DNA of 64,000 nucleotides from an uncultured virus (IMG/VR IMGVR_UViG_3300033753_000202) (lineage: Duplodnaviria; Heunggongvirae; Uroviricota; Caudoviricetes), in IMG/VR virus record IMGVR_UViG_3300033753_000202. The stretch is one strand, 5' to 3'. Shown piece by piece: positions 46,536 through 55,830 of this stretch (positions are counted from its first letter, which is position 1; the number at the start of each line of letters is the position of its first letter). A program made the position numbers and the translations under genes. Below the pieces are notes generated by a model. The model saw only the letters and a list, made by a program, of their open reading frames with translations, did no database searches and was not told the origin of the DNA.

Positions 46536-48968
46536 ATGGGTATTATGGACAAGGTCAGTAAAGAGGACATGAATAATGCTCGAATTGAGCGGGAACGGCA
46601 AATGAATCCTCCTGCCGCCGAGCCAGGAATGGACGATTGGGGGTTCGACGATGCGTCGACCTTTGCGGGAGGTGAAGGTATGGGTGGCGGTGACGCTTGG
46701 GGTTCCTCTTTTGGAGGTTTTGGTGGCGGCGCTGGTGGTGCTGGCTCTGTAGGAGGGGGTAGTGATCCCTTCGGTGGCGGTGCGAATCTGTTTGGTGGCG
46801 GCGCTTCGACACCGTTTGGCGGTGGCTCTGCTTGGGGTGGTTTTGGTTCTTTTGACACGGGACAATCGGCTTGGGGGCAACCGCAAGGGCAACAGGGGCA
46901 GTCTTCCAAAATAGAGGATGCTTTGTGGGATACTGCCAAAGGGGTTATGAAGGGGTTTTTCACCTTTGCTTCGGAGTTTGTTAATTCTTTCAAGTCGATG
47001 AACACCTTGAGTTATATGGTTATGGGTCGGACTCAGCTCATTATCAGTATTGTGGCATTTCTTTCGGGTTGTTTGTTCCTTATCTTCGCATCTACCAAAT
47101 CTCTTGGACTTTCGCTCATCGTTTCCGGGTTGGCTTCCGGGGGTATTGGGCTTATGATCTTTATGTCCTGTTACGAGAAGGTAAGCGCCAACCCGGAAGC
47201 GTTTCAACCAGAATCGCAACCGGATGCTTTTGGAGATGCACAAGCTGATCCTTTTGCACAGCCTGATAGCTTCTCCGATCCTTTCGGCGGTGGTGGGTCG
47301 GATGATGGTTGGGGTACTGAAAGTGATGGTTGGGGCGAGGAATTGGATTCTTTTGGTGATGAGGAAGAACCGTTTGAGGATGACTTCGAAGAAGAGGAGT
47401 CATTCGATACGTCTTTCTCTGCGAGTGAGTGGGGTTCCAGCGAAGAGTTGGAATTCTCTGCTCTCGGGGGCACGGGGTATTCTCCACTTTCCGATGCGGA
47501 TCAGGATAAAATTTTGAGTCAGGTTCAAGAGGGGAATAAACTGCTAACTCGTCAGTATCTTTATGAAAACATCGTGTCAATGTACCCTTATATTCGCCGG
47601 GATTACAATAAAGTACGGGAAATAACGGGAGCGGAGTTTGATGCTTGGGATGCGGTGGTACAACAGTCTGCAAATATCCTTAAGCCGAAAGGTTCCGACG
47701 TGGAAATGCCGTATCTTATTAAGGCGGAGGAGCGGTTGTTTTTCTATCGTTTGGTGGTCAAGCGGGTTCCTTGGATTAAGAATGTCAATCAGTTTGTGAC
47801 AGAGATCACCAATATTTACAGCTTCGATGAAACGACGGCTCGCCTGAATGACTTGGTGTACGGGTTCGGGGTACAGGTCGGGAATAACATCAATATTACG
47901 ATCATGAAGGGCGAAACTGCGATGGTTTCGGTTCGTGACTTGTACCAAAATATCAGCAAGGAAATCCTTAATCTAGACAATATGATCCCGGTTGTCTTCG
48001 GGGTAGATGATAAAGGGAACGAAATTTGGAGGGATATCAAAAACATTGAGTCTTTGCTGGTAACCGGGATGCCACGTTCCGGTAAGACTTGGTTGGTCTT
48101 GTCGATGCTGGCGCAAATGATGACTTTCCTTTCTCCTTCGGAGTTGCATTTTTATATTTGCGACCCGAAAGAAGGGATCTCGGATTTCAAAAAGATCAAG
48201 GTTCCGCATGTGCGTAAGTTTGTTTCGGATGATGCGGATATCATTCGCACCCTTCGGCATGTTGTTCGGGTCGAGGGTGCGCGGAGAACGAAGGTTTTGG
48301 CGGATGCGGGTTGTGTGAACATCTTCGATTACAATAAGGCAAACCCAGACAAAAAGATGCCGCTTCTGTACGTCATCATTGACGAGATTGTTTCTCTGTC
48401 TGAGCGTATGGACAAGGAAACAAAAGATGAGTTTCAGGGTCTTATCATGGAACTGGTTTCGCGTCTGCCAGCTTTAGGGATCAGAATTATTATGATTCCG
48501 CACCTTGTGAAAAACGAGTTCATCAAGAAGAGCATTACTGCTCTTATTACTTGCCGTATTTCGGTTCGCGGTTCGGCAGAGCATATTGAAGACACCTTGG
48601 GGGTACGCAAATTCGAGCATAGTCTTGTTCATCCGGGGGATATGGCGGTATCCTTTAAGAGTGGTGAAGCACAATTCGTGCATGCGGCGGTGCTGGCGAA
48701 AACCAATGATGAAACGGCGGCGATCTTCGATTTCTTGTTCAAGTTCTGGTCAAAAGTCGATCCCGATTCTTTGAAGGGTTCGTACTATGAGGCATCGTTG
48801 AATGAAATGGCTAGTGCGGAGGTAGCCCGTCCGAAAACGGATATCTCTTTCGCTCCTGTCAATGAGGCTTCTACGAAAACGACGGGTCGGGTGCGGCTTA
48901 CGGATCAAGAGCGCTCTGAGCTTCTTGCGGAGTTACAGGGTGATGGGTTAGACTTGTTGGACGATTAA
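46536..48968 (+). CDS. FtsK/SpoIIIE-family ATPase (TcpA-like coupling protein / DNA translocase candidate)
   Basis: RBS AGGAGG; Gly/Phe-rich N-terminus, 2 TMs, acidic linker; IPVVFGVD, LLVTGMPRSGKT, ICDPK, YVIIDE, ALGIRII, PGDM. Confidence 0.85.
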   Translation: MGIMDKVSKEDMNNARIERERQMNPPAAEPGMDDWGFDDASTFAGGEGMGGGDAWGSSFGGFGGGAGGAGSVGGGSDPFGGGANLFGGGASTPFGGGSAWGGFGSFDTGQSAWGQPQGQQGQSSKIEDALWDTAKGVMKGFFTFASEFVNSFKSMNTLSYMVMGRTQLIISIVAFLSGCLFLIFASTKSLGLSLIVSGLASGGIGLMIFMSCYEKVSANPEAFQPESQPDAFGDAQADPFAQPDSFSDPFGGGGSDDGWGTESDGWGEELDSFGDEEEPFEDDFEEEESFDTSFSASEWGSSEELEFSALGGTGYSPLSDADQDKILSQVQEGNKLLTRQYLYENIVSMYPYIRRDYNKVREITGAEFDAWDAVVQQSANILKPKGSDVEMPYLIKAEERLFFYRLVVKRVPWIKNVNQFVTEITNIYSFDETTARLNDLVYGFGVQVGNNINITIMKGETAMVSVRDLYQNISKEILNLDNMIPVVFGVDDKGNEIWRDIKNIESLLVTGMPRSGKTWLVLSMLAQMMTFLSPSELHFYICDPKEGISDFKKIKVPHVRKFVSDDADIIRTLRHVVRVEGARRTKVLADAGCVNIFDYNKANPDKKMPLLYVIIDEIVSLSERMDKETKDEFQGLIMELVSRLPALGIRIIMIPHLVKNEFIKKSITALITCRISVRGSAEHIEDTLGVRKFEHSLVHPGDMAVSFKSGEAQFVHAAVLAKTNDETAAIFDFLFKFWSKVDPDSLKGSYYEASLNEMASAEVARPKTDISFAPVNEASTKTTGRVRLTDQERSELLAELQGDGLDLLDD

Positions 48969-48990
48969 GCGTATAAGGGGGTATTTGCCC

Positions 48991-50133
48991 ATGTCGAATG
49001 AATTGACGCGCTCAGCTTTTCTTTCTTTGGTGCAAGGAAAAAAGGCACCCGCGTCTGAGTCTGTGGCGGAGCCGGAGTCAACCGCTACTCCGGCTCTTTC
49101 TTCTGTCTATCCTTATTCGAAGTTGACTCAGCCTTTCACTTCATCTACGGGCACCAATTCGGGGGTATCTGAAGATGATGCGGGTTCCGATGAATTAGAG
49201 GGCTACCCGGAAGAGAACGACTCCTTCGACGAGGGCGACGAGGAACTTTTTGATGAAGAGGACGAGGGCGACGAGGAGTTTTCTGACGAAGAGGACGAGG
49301 AGTTCTCTGAGGACGACTATCCGGAAGAGGATGACGATGAGTTTGCTGATGAAGAGGACGACTACCCTGCCGAGGACGAGGATTACCCGGACGAGGAAGA
49401 GGAGGACGGTCTTTCAGACTTCGATGAGGAAGAGGACGACTACCCAGAAGAGGAAGACTATCCGGAGGAGGAGGACGACTATCCGGAAGAGGATGACTAC
49501 CCGGAAGAGGATGACTACCCGGAAGAGGATGACTACCCGGAAGAGGATGACTACCCGGAAGAGGATGACTACCCGGAAGATGACGACTTCCCGGATGACG
49601 ATGTGGAAGATGATCTATCCGATTTTGAAGGCGACGAGGACAATGAGGACTTTTCTGACTTCGATCAGGAAGAGGAGGACTTTCCTGCTGACTCCGACGA
49701 GGGCGAAGAGGAGGATGTTTCTGTTCCGGCACCACAATCCACGGCTCGTCCAGTAGAGTCAGTAACTCCTTCGCCAACTCCTGTTCAGAAATCATCGAAT
49801 GTGGTTCCTTTCGTATCTGGTAACAAGTCTTCTGTGTCAGAAGCTCCGTTTGCTACAAGCGCTCCGGTGGTGGAGAAGGAGGTCAGCCCAGCGTCGACAG
49901 GGGGTACTTCTTTTTCCGTTTCTCCTATGGTGGTTAAAACCCATGCTGGAGAGGTGGACTTGTCTGAGTATAATGCAGTTTTTAACCCAATGATGACAAT
50001 TCGTGAGTTTCTGCGTACCAATAAGCATATTCGAAGCAAAGTGATCCTTTTGAAGTTCTTCACGAAGGAGCAAATCAACGCGGAAGTTGCGGCGAATCGT
50101 CTGTTCTTCCGAGGGGATAAAATTACGATTTAG
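48991..50133 (+). CDS. Highly acidic repeat protein with small basic C-terminal domain
   Basis: EEDDYP repeats, one DDLSDFEGDE unit, C-terminus MTIREFLRTNKHIRSKVILLKFF...; ATG 48991 is best spaced from the RBS. Confidence 0.8.
   Translation: MSNELTRSAFLSLVQGKKAPASESVAEPESTATPALSSVYPYSKLTQPFTSSTGTNSGVSEDDAGSDELEGYPEENDSFDEGDEELFDEEDEGDEEFSDEEDEEFSEDDYPEEDDDEFADEEDDYPAEDEDYPDEEEEDGLSDFDEEEDDYPEEEDYPEEEDDYPEEDDYPEEDDYPEEDDYPEEDDYPEEDDYPEDDDFPDDDVEDDLSDFEGDEDNEDFSDFDQEEEDFPADSDEGEEEDVSVPAPQSTARPVESVTPSPTPVQKSSNVVPFVSGNKSSVSEAPFATSAPVVEKEVSPASTGGTSFSVSPMVVKTHAGEVDLSEYNAVFNPMMTIREFLRTNKHIRSKVILLKFFTKEQINAEVAANRLFFRGDKITI
49483..49572 (+). repeat. Perfect 18-bp tandem repeat x5 (CCGGAAGAGGATGACTAC; PEEDDY)
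   Basis: Five identical adjacent copies read directly, with degenerate copies on either side. Confidence 0.95.
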
Positions 50134-50144
50134 GTGGTGTCGTA

Positions 50145-51863
50145 ATGCGTAAGTTTGGTAAAGTATTGAGTGTTTCTTTGGCGGTAGCCCTGCTTTTGTC
50201 GGCGTGTGGAGGGGGTAATAGTGTTAAGGAGATCGCTCCTTTGACACTGGAAGAGGTCGCGGGTAATCGGTTGGCAAAGCTGACAACGAATGAGCGAGAA
50301 GGTTTGATTTATCGGTATGTCAGTGATATGATCATGGTGGATCGTGACAATCTCATTGAGGTTACGAATCAAGACCGTTCTGCGATCAATACACTTGTTT
50401 CTCGTATCAACTCGGATTTGATGAATGGAACGAGTAAGTATTTGACTGAAGAGTATGCCAATTATCTTTTGACTGAGTTCGCACGTACTGCATATACTTG
50501 GGAGTATGAATCGACGGATATCGTTGGTTTTGACCCGGCGACACGTTTCTTCTTTGTTGATGTGACGTATAAAACGACTTCGAATTTGAAGGCGGTAGTT
50601 CCTTCTAGCCGCATTCCGCTCGGTGCGCCGGATGAGGAGCATCTGAAGAGTCAGCGTTATTCTGATTATATCTCGTATTTGAACAGTAAACGGAATATGC
50701 TCCCCGAACAATCTGAGGCGATAAAAGCGGAGTTTGAGCGGACGTGGGGGAGTATTGATAGTATTATGGAGGAACAACAGGGAATTTCTCTGTTGAAACG
50801 AACGCAAACCATGCGAGACATTCCCGGTATCGGGAAGCTCACCTATGGTGGTTTGGTATCGGAGGATCGTTTTGAACGCGGGGCGAAAATGACCATTCGG
50901 TATATCTTCGCGTACAAGTTCAATCTCGGGGAAGTCACAGATCTGGGGGTAGAAGCCCTTTACCTCAAGGATTATAAGGTCAATAATGCGGAGGATCTTC
51001 TGAAGAGCTATGAATCCTCGCAGGATTATGGGGTAGAGGTTTTGAAGCCTTTTATCGATGAAACCATTAACTCTTACCATAAAGCGGTTGAGGAAACCAA
51101 TTACGTCGGTTTGTATTCTCTGCATGACAATTTCGCCAATATTGATAAGTATTATCAGGATATCCACAACTACACTTATCTCAGCATTGGCGGGTATAAT
51201 TTCAAGACCCTCCAGCGGAGTAATGATAATACTGTTGTGGTTCAAGTTAATCGCGTGTATAAGATTCGTGCGCGTGGGGCTAATATGTCGTTGCCGACTT
51301 ATGAAGAGACGCTTATCTATCGCATGGCACTCGGTAATGATGATAAGATCCGCGTAAAGAGTGTTAATTTGGTTAGCTCTACCTTGACTGGTGAGCCTGT
51401 TTCGGTCATAAAGAATGTCAGTGGTATTTCGGATTTGATCCAGTTCTCGAATACGGCTTTCACTGAGACGAATAAAACCAAGGTCGAAAATGCCCTTCGG
51501 GACTTCATGCAAGTTGTCTTTGAAGCGAAGGTTGACACCGACGCCTTTACCAACGTTGTAGACATCGGGGTATCGCAACCTACGTTGCTGAAGATCTCGG
51601 AATACGTTACCGCTATTAAGGATAGCCATCAAAAGACGAACTACATCGTGGCGTGGGAAACGAAAACGAACGTCTTTGTCAGCGTCCGGGTTCGTGAGAT
51701 TTTTGAGACTTCGCAAGGCACTTATGACACTGAGGCTTTGGTCGACTTGGTGAACCGTAATGGTACTTGGAAAGTTGTCAATTATACGCGGGTACAGAAC
51801 GTCAAGGTGAATGGTAACACTCTCAGTACGAAAAACGCGCTCAGTCAGAATAAGAAATCTTAA
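50145..51863 (+). CDS. Large lipoprotein with repeated NTF2-like (VirB8/TcpC-like) segments
   Basis: Lipobox LSAC; repeated helix+beta units ending e.g. LVDLVNRNGTWKVVNY and YRMALGNDDKIRV. The fold is an inference. Confidence 0.7.
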   Translation: MRKFGKVLSVSLAVALLLSACGGGNSVKEIAPLTLEEVAGNRLAKLTTNEREGLIYRYVSDMIMVDRDNLIEVTNQDRSAINTLVSRINSDLMNGTSKYLTEEYANYLLTEFARTAYTWEYESTDIVGFDPATRFFFVDVTYKTTSNLKAVVPSSRIPLGAPDEEHLKSQRYSDYISYLNSKRNMLPEQSEAIKAEFERTWGSIDSIMEEQQGISLLKRTQTMRDIPGIGKLTYGGLVSEDRFERGAKMTIRYIFAYKFNLGEVTDLGVEALYLKDYKVNNAEDLLKSYESSQDYGVEVLKPFIDETINSYHKAVEETNYVGLYSLHDNFANIDKYYQDIHNYTYLSIGGYNFKTLQRSNDNTVVVQVNRVYKIRARGANMSLPTYEETLIYRMALGNDDKIRVKSVNLVSSTLTGEPVSVIKNVSGISDLIQFSNTAFTETNKTKVENALRDFMQVVFEAKVDTDAFTNVVDIGVSQPTLLKISEYVTAIKDSHQKTNYIVAWETKTNVFVSVRVREIFETSQGTYDTEALVDLVNRNGTWKVVNYTRVQNVKVNGNTLSTKNALSQNKKS

Positions 51864-51884
51864 TCGCAGAAAGGGTCGAATTTA

Positions 51885-52505
51885 ATGGCGAAATTGTATT
51901 TCCGTTACGGGACGATGAATTCTGGTAAGTCCAATGAAATATTGAACATTCGGCACTCCTATTTGGAGTGTGGTAAAGAGGTTGCTACCTTCAAGTCGAT
52001 CATCGACACTCGCAACCCCGGTGTAATTTACTCTCGCGCCAAAGATCTTTGTGTGAAGGTTGACTTGGTGGTGGGTTTGGTAGCAGACGGTTCTATGTTC
52101 CGTTTTGCACAGCAGAATCCGGTTGATCTCATTCTCGTTGATGAGTGTCATTTCTTGACGGAAGCTCACATTGACGAGACGGCTCGTATCGTTGACGAGT
52201 TGAATATCCCGGTTATGCATTTTGGTTTGCGTTCGGACTTCCAGACAAAAATCTTCCCGGCGAGCAAACGGCTCTTTGAGATTGCGGATGATATTCGTGA
52301 GAGTAAAGCCATTTGCTGGTGCTGTAACCGTAAGGCGCTGTTCAACCTTCGCCTTGATCCGAAGGCACAAATTCCGGTCTTTGAGGGTGAGCAGGTTTTG
52401 GTAGGTGATAAGGACATCTACCGTTCGGTTTGTCGTTCTTGCTACAATCTCGCTCGAAAGACTGGTAAATTCCCGGAAATTCGTAAAAGGCGAAACGGAC
52501 ATTGA
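51885..52505 (+). CDS. tdk: Thymidine kinase
   Basis: LYFRYGTMNSGKS, ILVDECHFL, FGLRSDF, Zn cysteines ICWCC and VCRSCY. Confidence 0.95.
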   Translation: MAKLYFRYGTMNSGKSNEILNIRHSYLECGKEVATFKSIIDTRNPGVIYSRAKDLCVKVDLVVGLVADGSMFRFAQQNPVDLILVDECHFLTEAHIDETARIVDELNIPVMHFGLRSDFQTKIFPASKRLFEIADDIRESKAICWCCNRKALFNLRLDPKAQIPVFEGEQVLVGDKDIYRSVCRSCYNLARKTGKFPEIRKRRNGH

Positions 52506-52540
52506 TTTAACACTCAATCGAATAAGGTTGATCCTCTTTC

Positions 52541-52575
52541 AAAGCAGAAGCTATACTCGGTATAGCTTCTGTTTT
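52541..52575 (+). terminator. Stem-loop, likely terminator
   Basis: GCAGAAGCTATAC-TCG-GTATAGCTTCTGT followed by TTT. Confidence 0.7.
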
Positions 52576-52594
52576 CGTGAGGGAGGGGTATTTG

Positions 52595-53482
52595 ATGTCT
52601 AGTTCGGGGTACATTTTGCGCACCTTGCATGATCTTTTGTTGGGTGGACAGGTTGTGGGAAAACGAGTTGCGCTTGAATCCGTTCGTTCTTCTCGTTCGT
52701 TGAATTCGAGGTCTTTTTCTGGACGTAACGAACGTGTATATGATATCGACCTCGATACCTACAACCTTATTGTGAAAGATTTTGGTGAACATCAGGACAT
52801 TTCAGGACATCCCGATTTTACGATCCATCGGGATACCGCACTTGTTAATCCGCTTCCGTTGGTTTTACAGGGTGAGCAGTATATGGTTCCTTCGGATAAG
52901 GGCGGGGACGCCCCGACTATGCAGTACGATACCGTAGCAACGCTCTTGGGGTATTCGAACATGCAGGGGACGGACACGCAACTTAAGCTCTTGTATAATC
53001 AGTATAACCAGCAGTATTTTGGGGGTGTGTTACCTACTTATATAGGAATCAAGTGGAATCCACGCCTTTCCCGTACTTGGGGTCGTTATCGTTACCGAGT
53101 TCGTCGGTATAATCGGCGTATCGTTGAAACGTTTCCGGGGCGTATTGAGCTTTCTTCTTTACTTCGCAACCGAACGCCGGAAGAGTTTCGTGACGTTCTT
53201 TTGCATGAGATGATCCATGTTCGTTTTCCGGGCAAGGGGCATGGTGCGGAGTTCAAAGGTATGATGCATACGATGAATAATCAACATGGGTTCAATATCT
53301 CGGTTTACTGCAGTGAGTCACTTGATTGGCGGTATGAGTATCGTTGCGATAAGTGCGGGCATACCTTCACGCGCATGAAGCGTTTGTCTCACCCGCTTCA
53401 TACGTACTACTGTCCGAAGAAGGTTAACGGGAGTGTCTGCAGGGGTAGTATCGTACTTTCGGATGTCAAAGAGGATGTATAA
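52595..53482 (+). CDS. SprT-like zinc metalloprotease with N-terminal extension
   Basis: YNQYNQQYFGG, WNPRL, IELS, LLHEMIH, HGAEFK, YRCDKCG...YCPK. Confidence 0.85.
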   Translation: MSSSGYILRTLHDLLLGGQVVGKRVALESVRSSRSLNSRSFSGRNERVYDIDLDTYNLIVKDFGEHQDISGHPDFTIHRDTALVNPLPLVLQGEQYMVPSDKGGDAPTMQYDTVATLLGYSNMQGTDTQLKLLYNQYNQQYFGGVLPTYIGIKWNPRLSRTWGRYRYRVRRYNRRIVETFPGRIELSSLLRNRTPEEFRDVLLHEMIHVRFPGKGHGAEFKGMMHTMNNQHGFNISVYCSESLDWRYEYRCDKCGHTFTRMKRLSHPLHTYYCPKKVNGSVCRGSIVLSDVKEDV

Positions 53483-53522
53483 CGTTCCCTACTCGGGGGT
53501 ACACTATTATTGGTGATGACTA

Positions 53523-53726
53523 TTGAGAGGGGATCTGCTTTACTTACTCTATGTACCTAAGTTTGAAGGGATTCGTGTCTCTACCTATCTCTTTTACCAC
53601 AATCTCCACGTGACCCCGCAGGGGTATCTTGCCTTACTTCAACTTTCGGAATCCGGGTTTGCTATTCTAGATGCGGAAGTTTTCGAGGAAGTTAAGGTTT
53701 GTCTGCAAGCTGGACTGCTCTTTTAA
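53523..53726 (+). CDS. Possible small hypothetical protein
   Basis: TTG after GGTGATG; fills an intergenic gap; no motif. Confidence 0.4.
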   Translation: MRGDLLYLLYVPKFEGIRVSTYLFYHNLHVTPQGYLALLQLSESGFAILDAEVFEEVKVCLQAGLLF

Positions 53727-53820
53727 GGGCAGTCCAGCTTTATTTTTGACTCATAGTTACCTTTCTGTACTTTTCATCGCAGATATCTTATATAGGTATC
53801 AATTTTTCTGGGGGTTGTAT

Positions 53821-54159
53821 ATGTCTAAGTCGACTTCACATAAAGCGGCAAAGCCGAAGAATAAGTTCGATCCTTATCGCAAAGGAGCGCGGCGTCCGCT
53901 GGTCAGTCTTCGCACTGTTCTGGCGAATTTGGAGGATCACGGGGAAGGTCGCGTCGTTGGGGAGTACTGTAAACAAGGGAATAAGTATGCGGAAGCACTC
54001 GTTGCTCAATATGTGCATTATTCTGCGAATCCGTTGAACAAGGAAAAGCAACGTTTGCTTTGTTTGTGTTATCAGGATTTTAAGCGGAGCGTTAATGCTC
54101 CTTCTTTGTCGGAACCGCTTCGAATGGATTTCACCCCCACGCTTAATGTTTTGATATAA
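53821..54159 (+). CDS. Basic hypothetical protein
   Basis: ATG 53821 after GGGGG; K-rich N-terminus. Confidence 0.6.
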   Translation: MSKSTSHKAAKPKNKFDPYRKGARRPLVSLRTVLANLEDHGEGRVVGEYCKQGNKYAEALVAQYVHYSANPLNKEKQRLLCLCYQDFKRSVNAPSLSEPLRMDFTPTLNVLI

Positions 54160-54172
54160 TGAGGTGGTCATC

Positions 54173-55804
54173 ATGACGCAAACTAGAGGGAGTGCGATTT
54201 ATCAAGGAAAATACTATCAAGGTTCTCTGTCTGCGGAAACAGCGGACATCCTTCTGCGTCTCGCCAAGGTGGGGGAGGTGGAGTCGCTCCGGCATTGTAT
54301 TTACGATCTTCCGACGCATACTGTTTTGCAAATCAAGTATGAGGCAGAGCAGTATCTTAAGCAACACGGTACCCTTCAGGGGTACTCCAGTCGTTTCAAG
54401 GACAATATGCCTGTTGGTACCTTGCGCCCGGAGCAGACGATTGGTGTAGCGTATATGTACTATGCGGGTTCGCTTTTGCTTGGAGACGATGTAGGGGTAG
54501 GGAAAACGGTGCAAGCCGCCGGGTTGATTCGCTGTTGGGAAAAACGCTTTGAAGCTGAAGGTAAACCACCGTTTCGCGCTCTTTTTCTTGCGGAGAAGAG
54601 TTCTGCCGCGCAAATACAGGATAAATTCATCAAGTTCACTGGTGATTATGTGGACTTGATTGAGAGTGGTACCAAGGTGGAAGTGGAGAAGTTCTTCCAA
54701 CGTAACCCGCAGGGGTACTCTCATCACGTCGTGGCGACCCATGCCATTCTGCTTAATCCGGAATTTCTTGCGCGTGTTTCGAAGCATCCTTTTGACTTGA
54801 TCATTTTTGATGAAAGTAGTGCGCTTAAAAACTCGACGACGGATCTTTATGATGCGGCGAAAGCTCTGTTTAAGTTCATTCCGCGTCGCATTTTGCTCAA
54901 TGCTACGGTTTTTGAGACCAATCTGCGGGATATCTACAATCAACTGTATCTCGTTGACCCACTTTTGCTTCCTCCGGTAACGGAGTTTGAGCGTTTGTTT
55001 GTGGAGAAAAAGATGGGGCGGTTCCGTCGCTTGGAGAAAAAGGGGTACAAAAACGAGAGCTTTTTCAAAGAATCGATTTCTTTGCGTTATCTTGCCCGTA
55101 CCCGTGCCAATCTTGGGGCGAAGTTTGAGGACAATACGGTCAAGGTGGTCTTTTTACCTCTTTCGGCGGAGCAAAAGATGCTCATGAAGAAGACTAATCT
55201 CTATGACCTTGTCTCCAACTATCCTACGATGGTGAAACCCGATATCCTTTTTAATGAGGAGACTACGCCAAAGCTCAAGGCGGTACTTCATTTGGCGGAG
55301 AAAGTGGTTGGTCAGCAGGGGGAGCAACTGTTCATTTACTGTCGGTATGTTGAGGCACAGGAAGCACTAGCGGCTCGTCTTCGCGATGAGGGGTATCGGG
55401 TAGCGATCTTGAATGGGCGCAAAGGTGGAGGAAGCACTCGCGTCCGTGCTGAGATCTGTGCGGACTTCAATAATAAGTTGTACGATATTCTTATTTCTAA
55501 TGTTATTCGCGGTCTTGACCTTACCTCTTGTGACAACTGTATTCTTTATACGGTTGACCCTAATCCCGGCAAGCTTACTCAGGTTGAAGGGCGTATTATT
55601 CGAACCCTTGACGTTATCGGTAAAAACATCTGGATGCTTGTTATGATGGGGAAGGAGAAGCAACGCGTTGAGAAAGTTCTCAAGCTTCGTATTTCAGAGG
55701 CGCAAAAGCTCTCCAATCAGGGGCAAAGCCTGATTACGTCCTCGGTCGTGGATGGGTTAAACTTTGAACTCTGTGATTTGTTTGTTGAGGTAGGTGCGAC
55801 CTAA
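54173..55804 (+). CDS. SNF2-like SF2 helicase/translocase
   Basis: LRPEQ (Q motif), LLGDDVGVGKT, IIFDESS (variant DExH), LLNAT, RGLDL, QVEGRIIR. Confidence 0.85.
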   Translation: MTQTRGSAIYQGKYYQGSLSAETADILLRLAKVGEVESLRHCIYDLPTHTVLQIKYEAEQYLKQHGTLQGYSSRFKDNMPVGTLRPEQTIGVAYMYYAGSLLLGDDVGVGKTVQAAGLIRCWEKRFEAEGKPPFRALFLAEKSSAAQIQDKFIKFTGDYVDLIESGTKVEVEKFFQRNPQGYSHHVVATHAILLNPEFLARVSKHPFDLIIFDESSALKNSTTDLYDAAKALFKFIPRRILLNATVFETNLRDIYNQLYLVDPLLLPPVTEFERLFVEKKMGRFRRLEKKGYKNESFFKESISLRYLARTRANLGAKFEDNTVKVVFLPLSAEQKMLMKKTNLYDLVSNYPTMVKPDILFNEETTPKLKAVLHLAEKVVGQQGEQLFIYCRYVEAQEALAARLRDEGYRVAILNGRKGGGSTRVRAEICADFNNKLYDILISNVIRGLDLTSCDNCILYTVDPNPGKLTQVEGRIIRTLDVIGKNIWMLVMMGKEKQRVEKVLKLRISEAQKLSNQGQSLITSSVVDGLNFELCDLFVEVGAT

Positions 55805-55830
55805 TTTGAATATGTAGGAGCGGTGTTGTT

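Noticed and set aside
44316..48968. Type VII secretion (EssC/YukB) system
   Set aside because: There is a single FtsK domain rather than tandem domains, and no WXG100 protein is recognisable.
49483..49572. Repeats as a possible CRISPR array (also 11270-11900)
   Set aside because: They are in-frame coding repeats without unique spacers; no cas genes are present.
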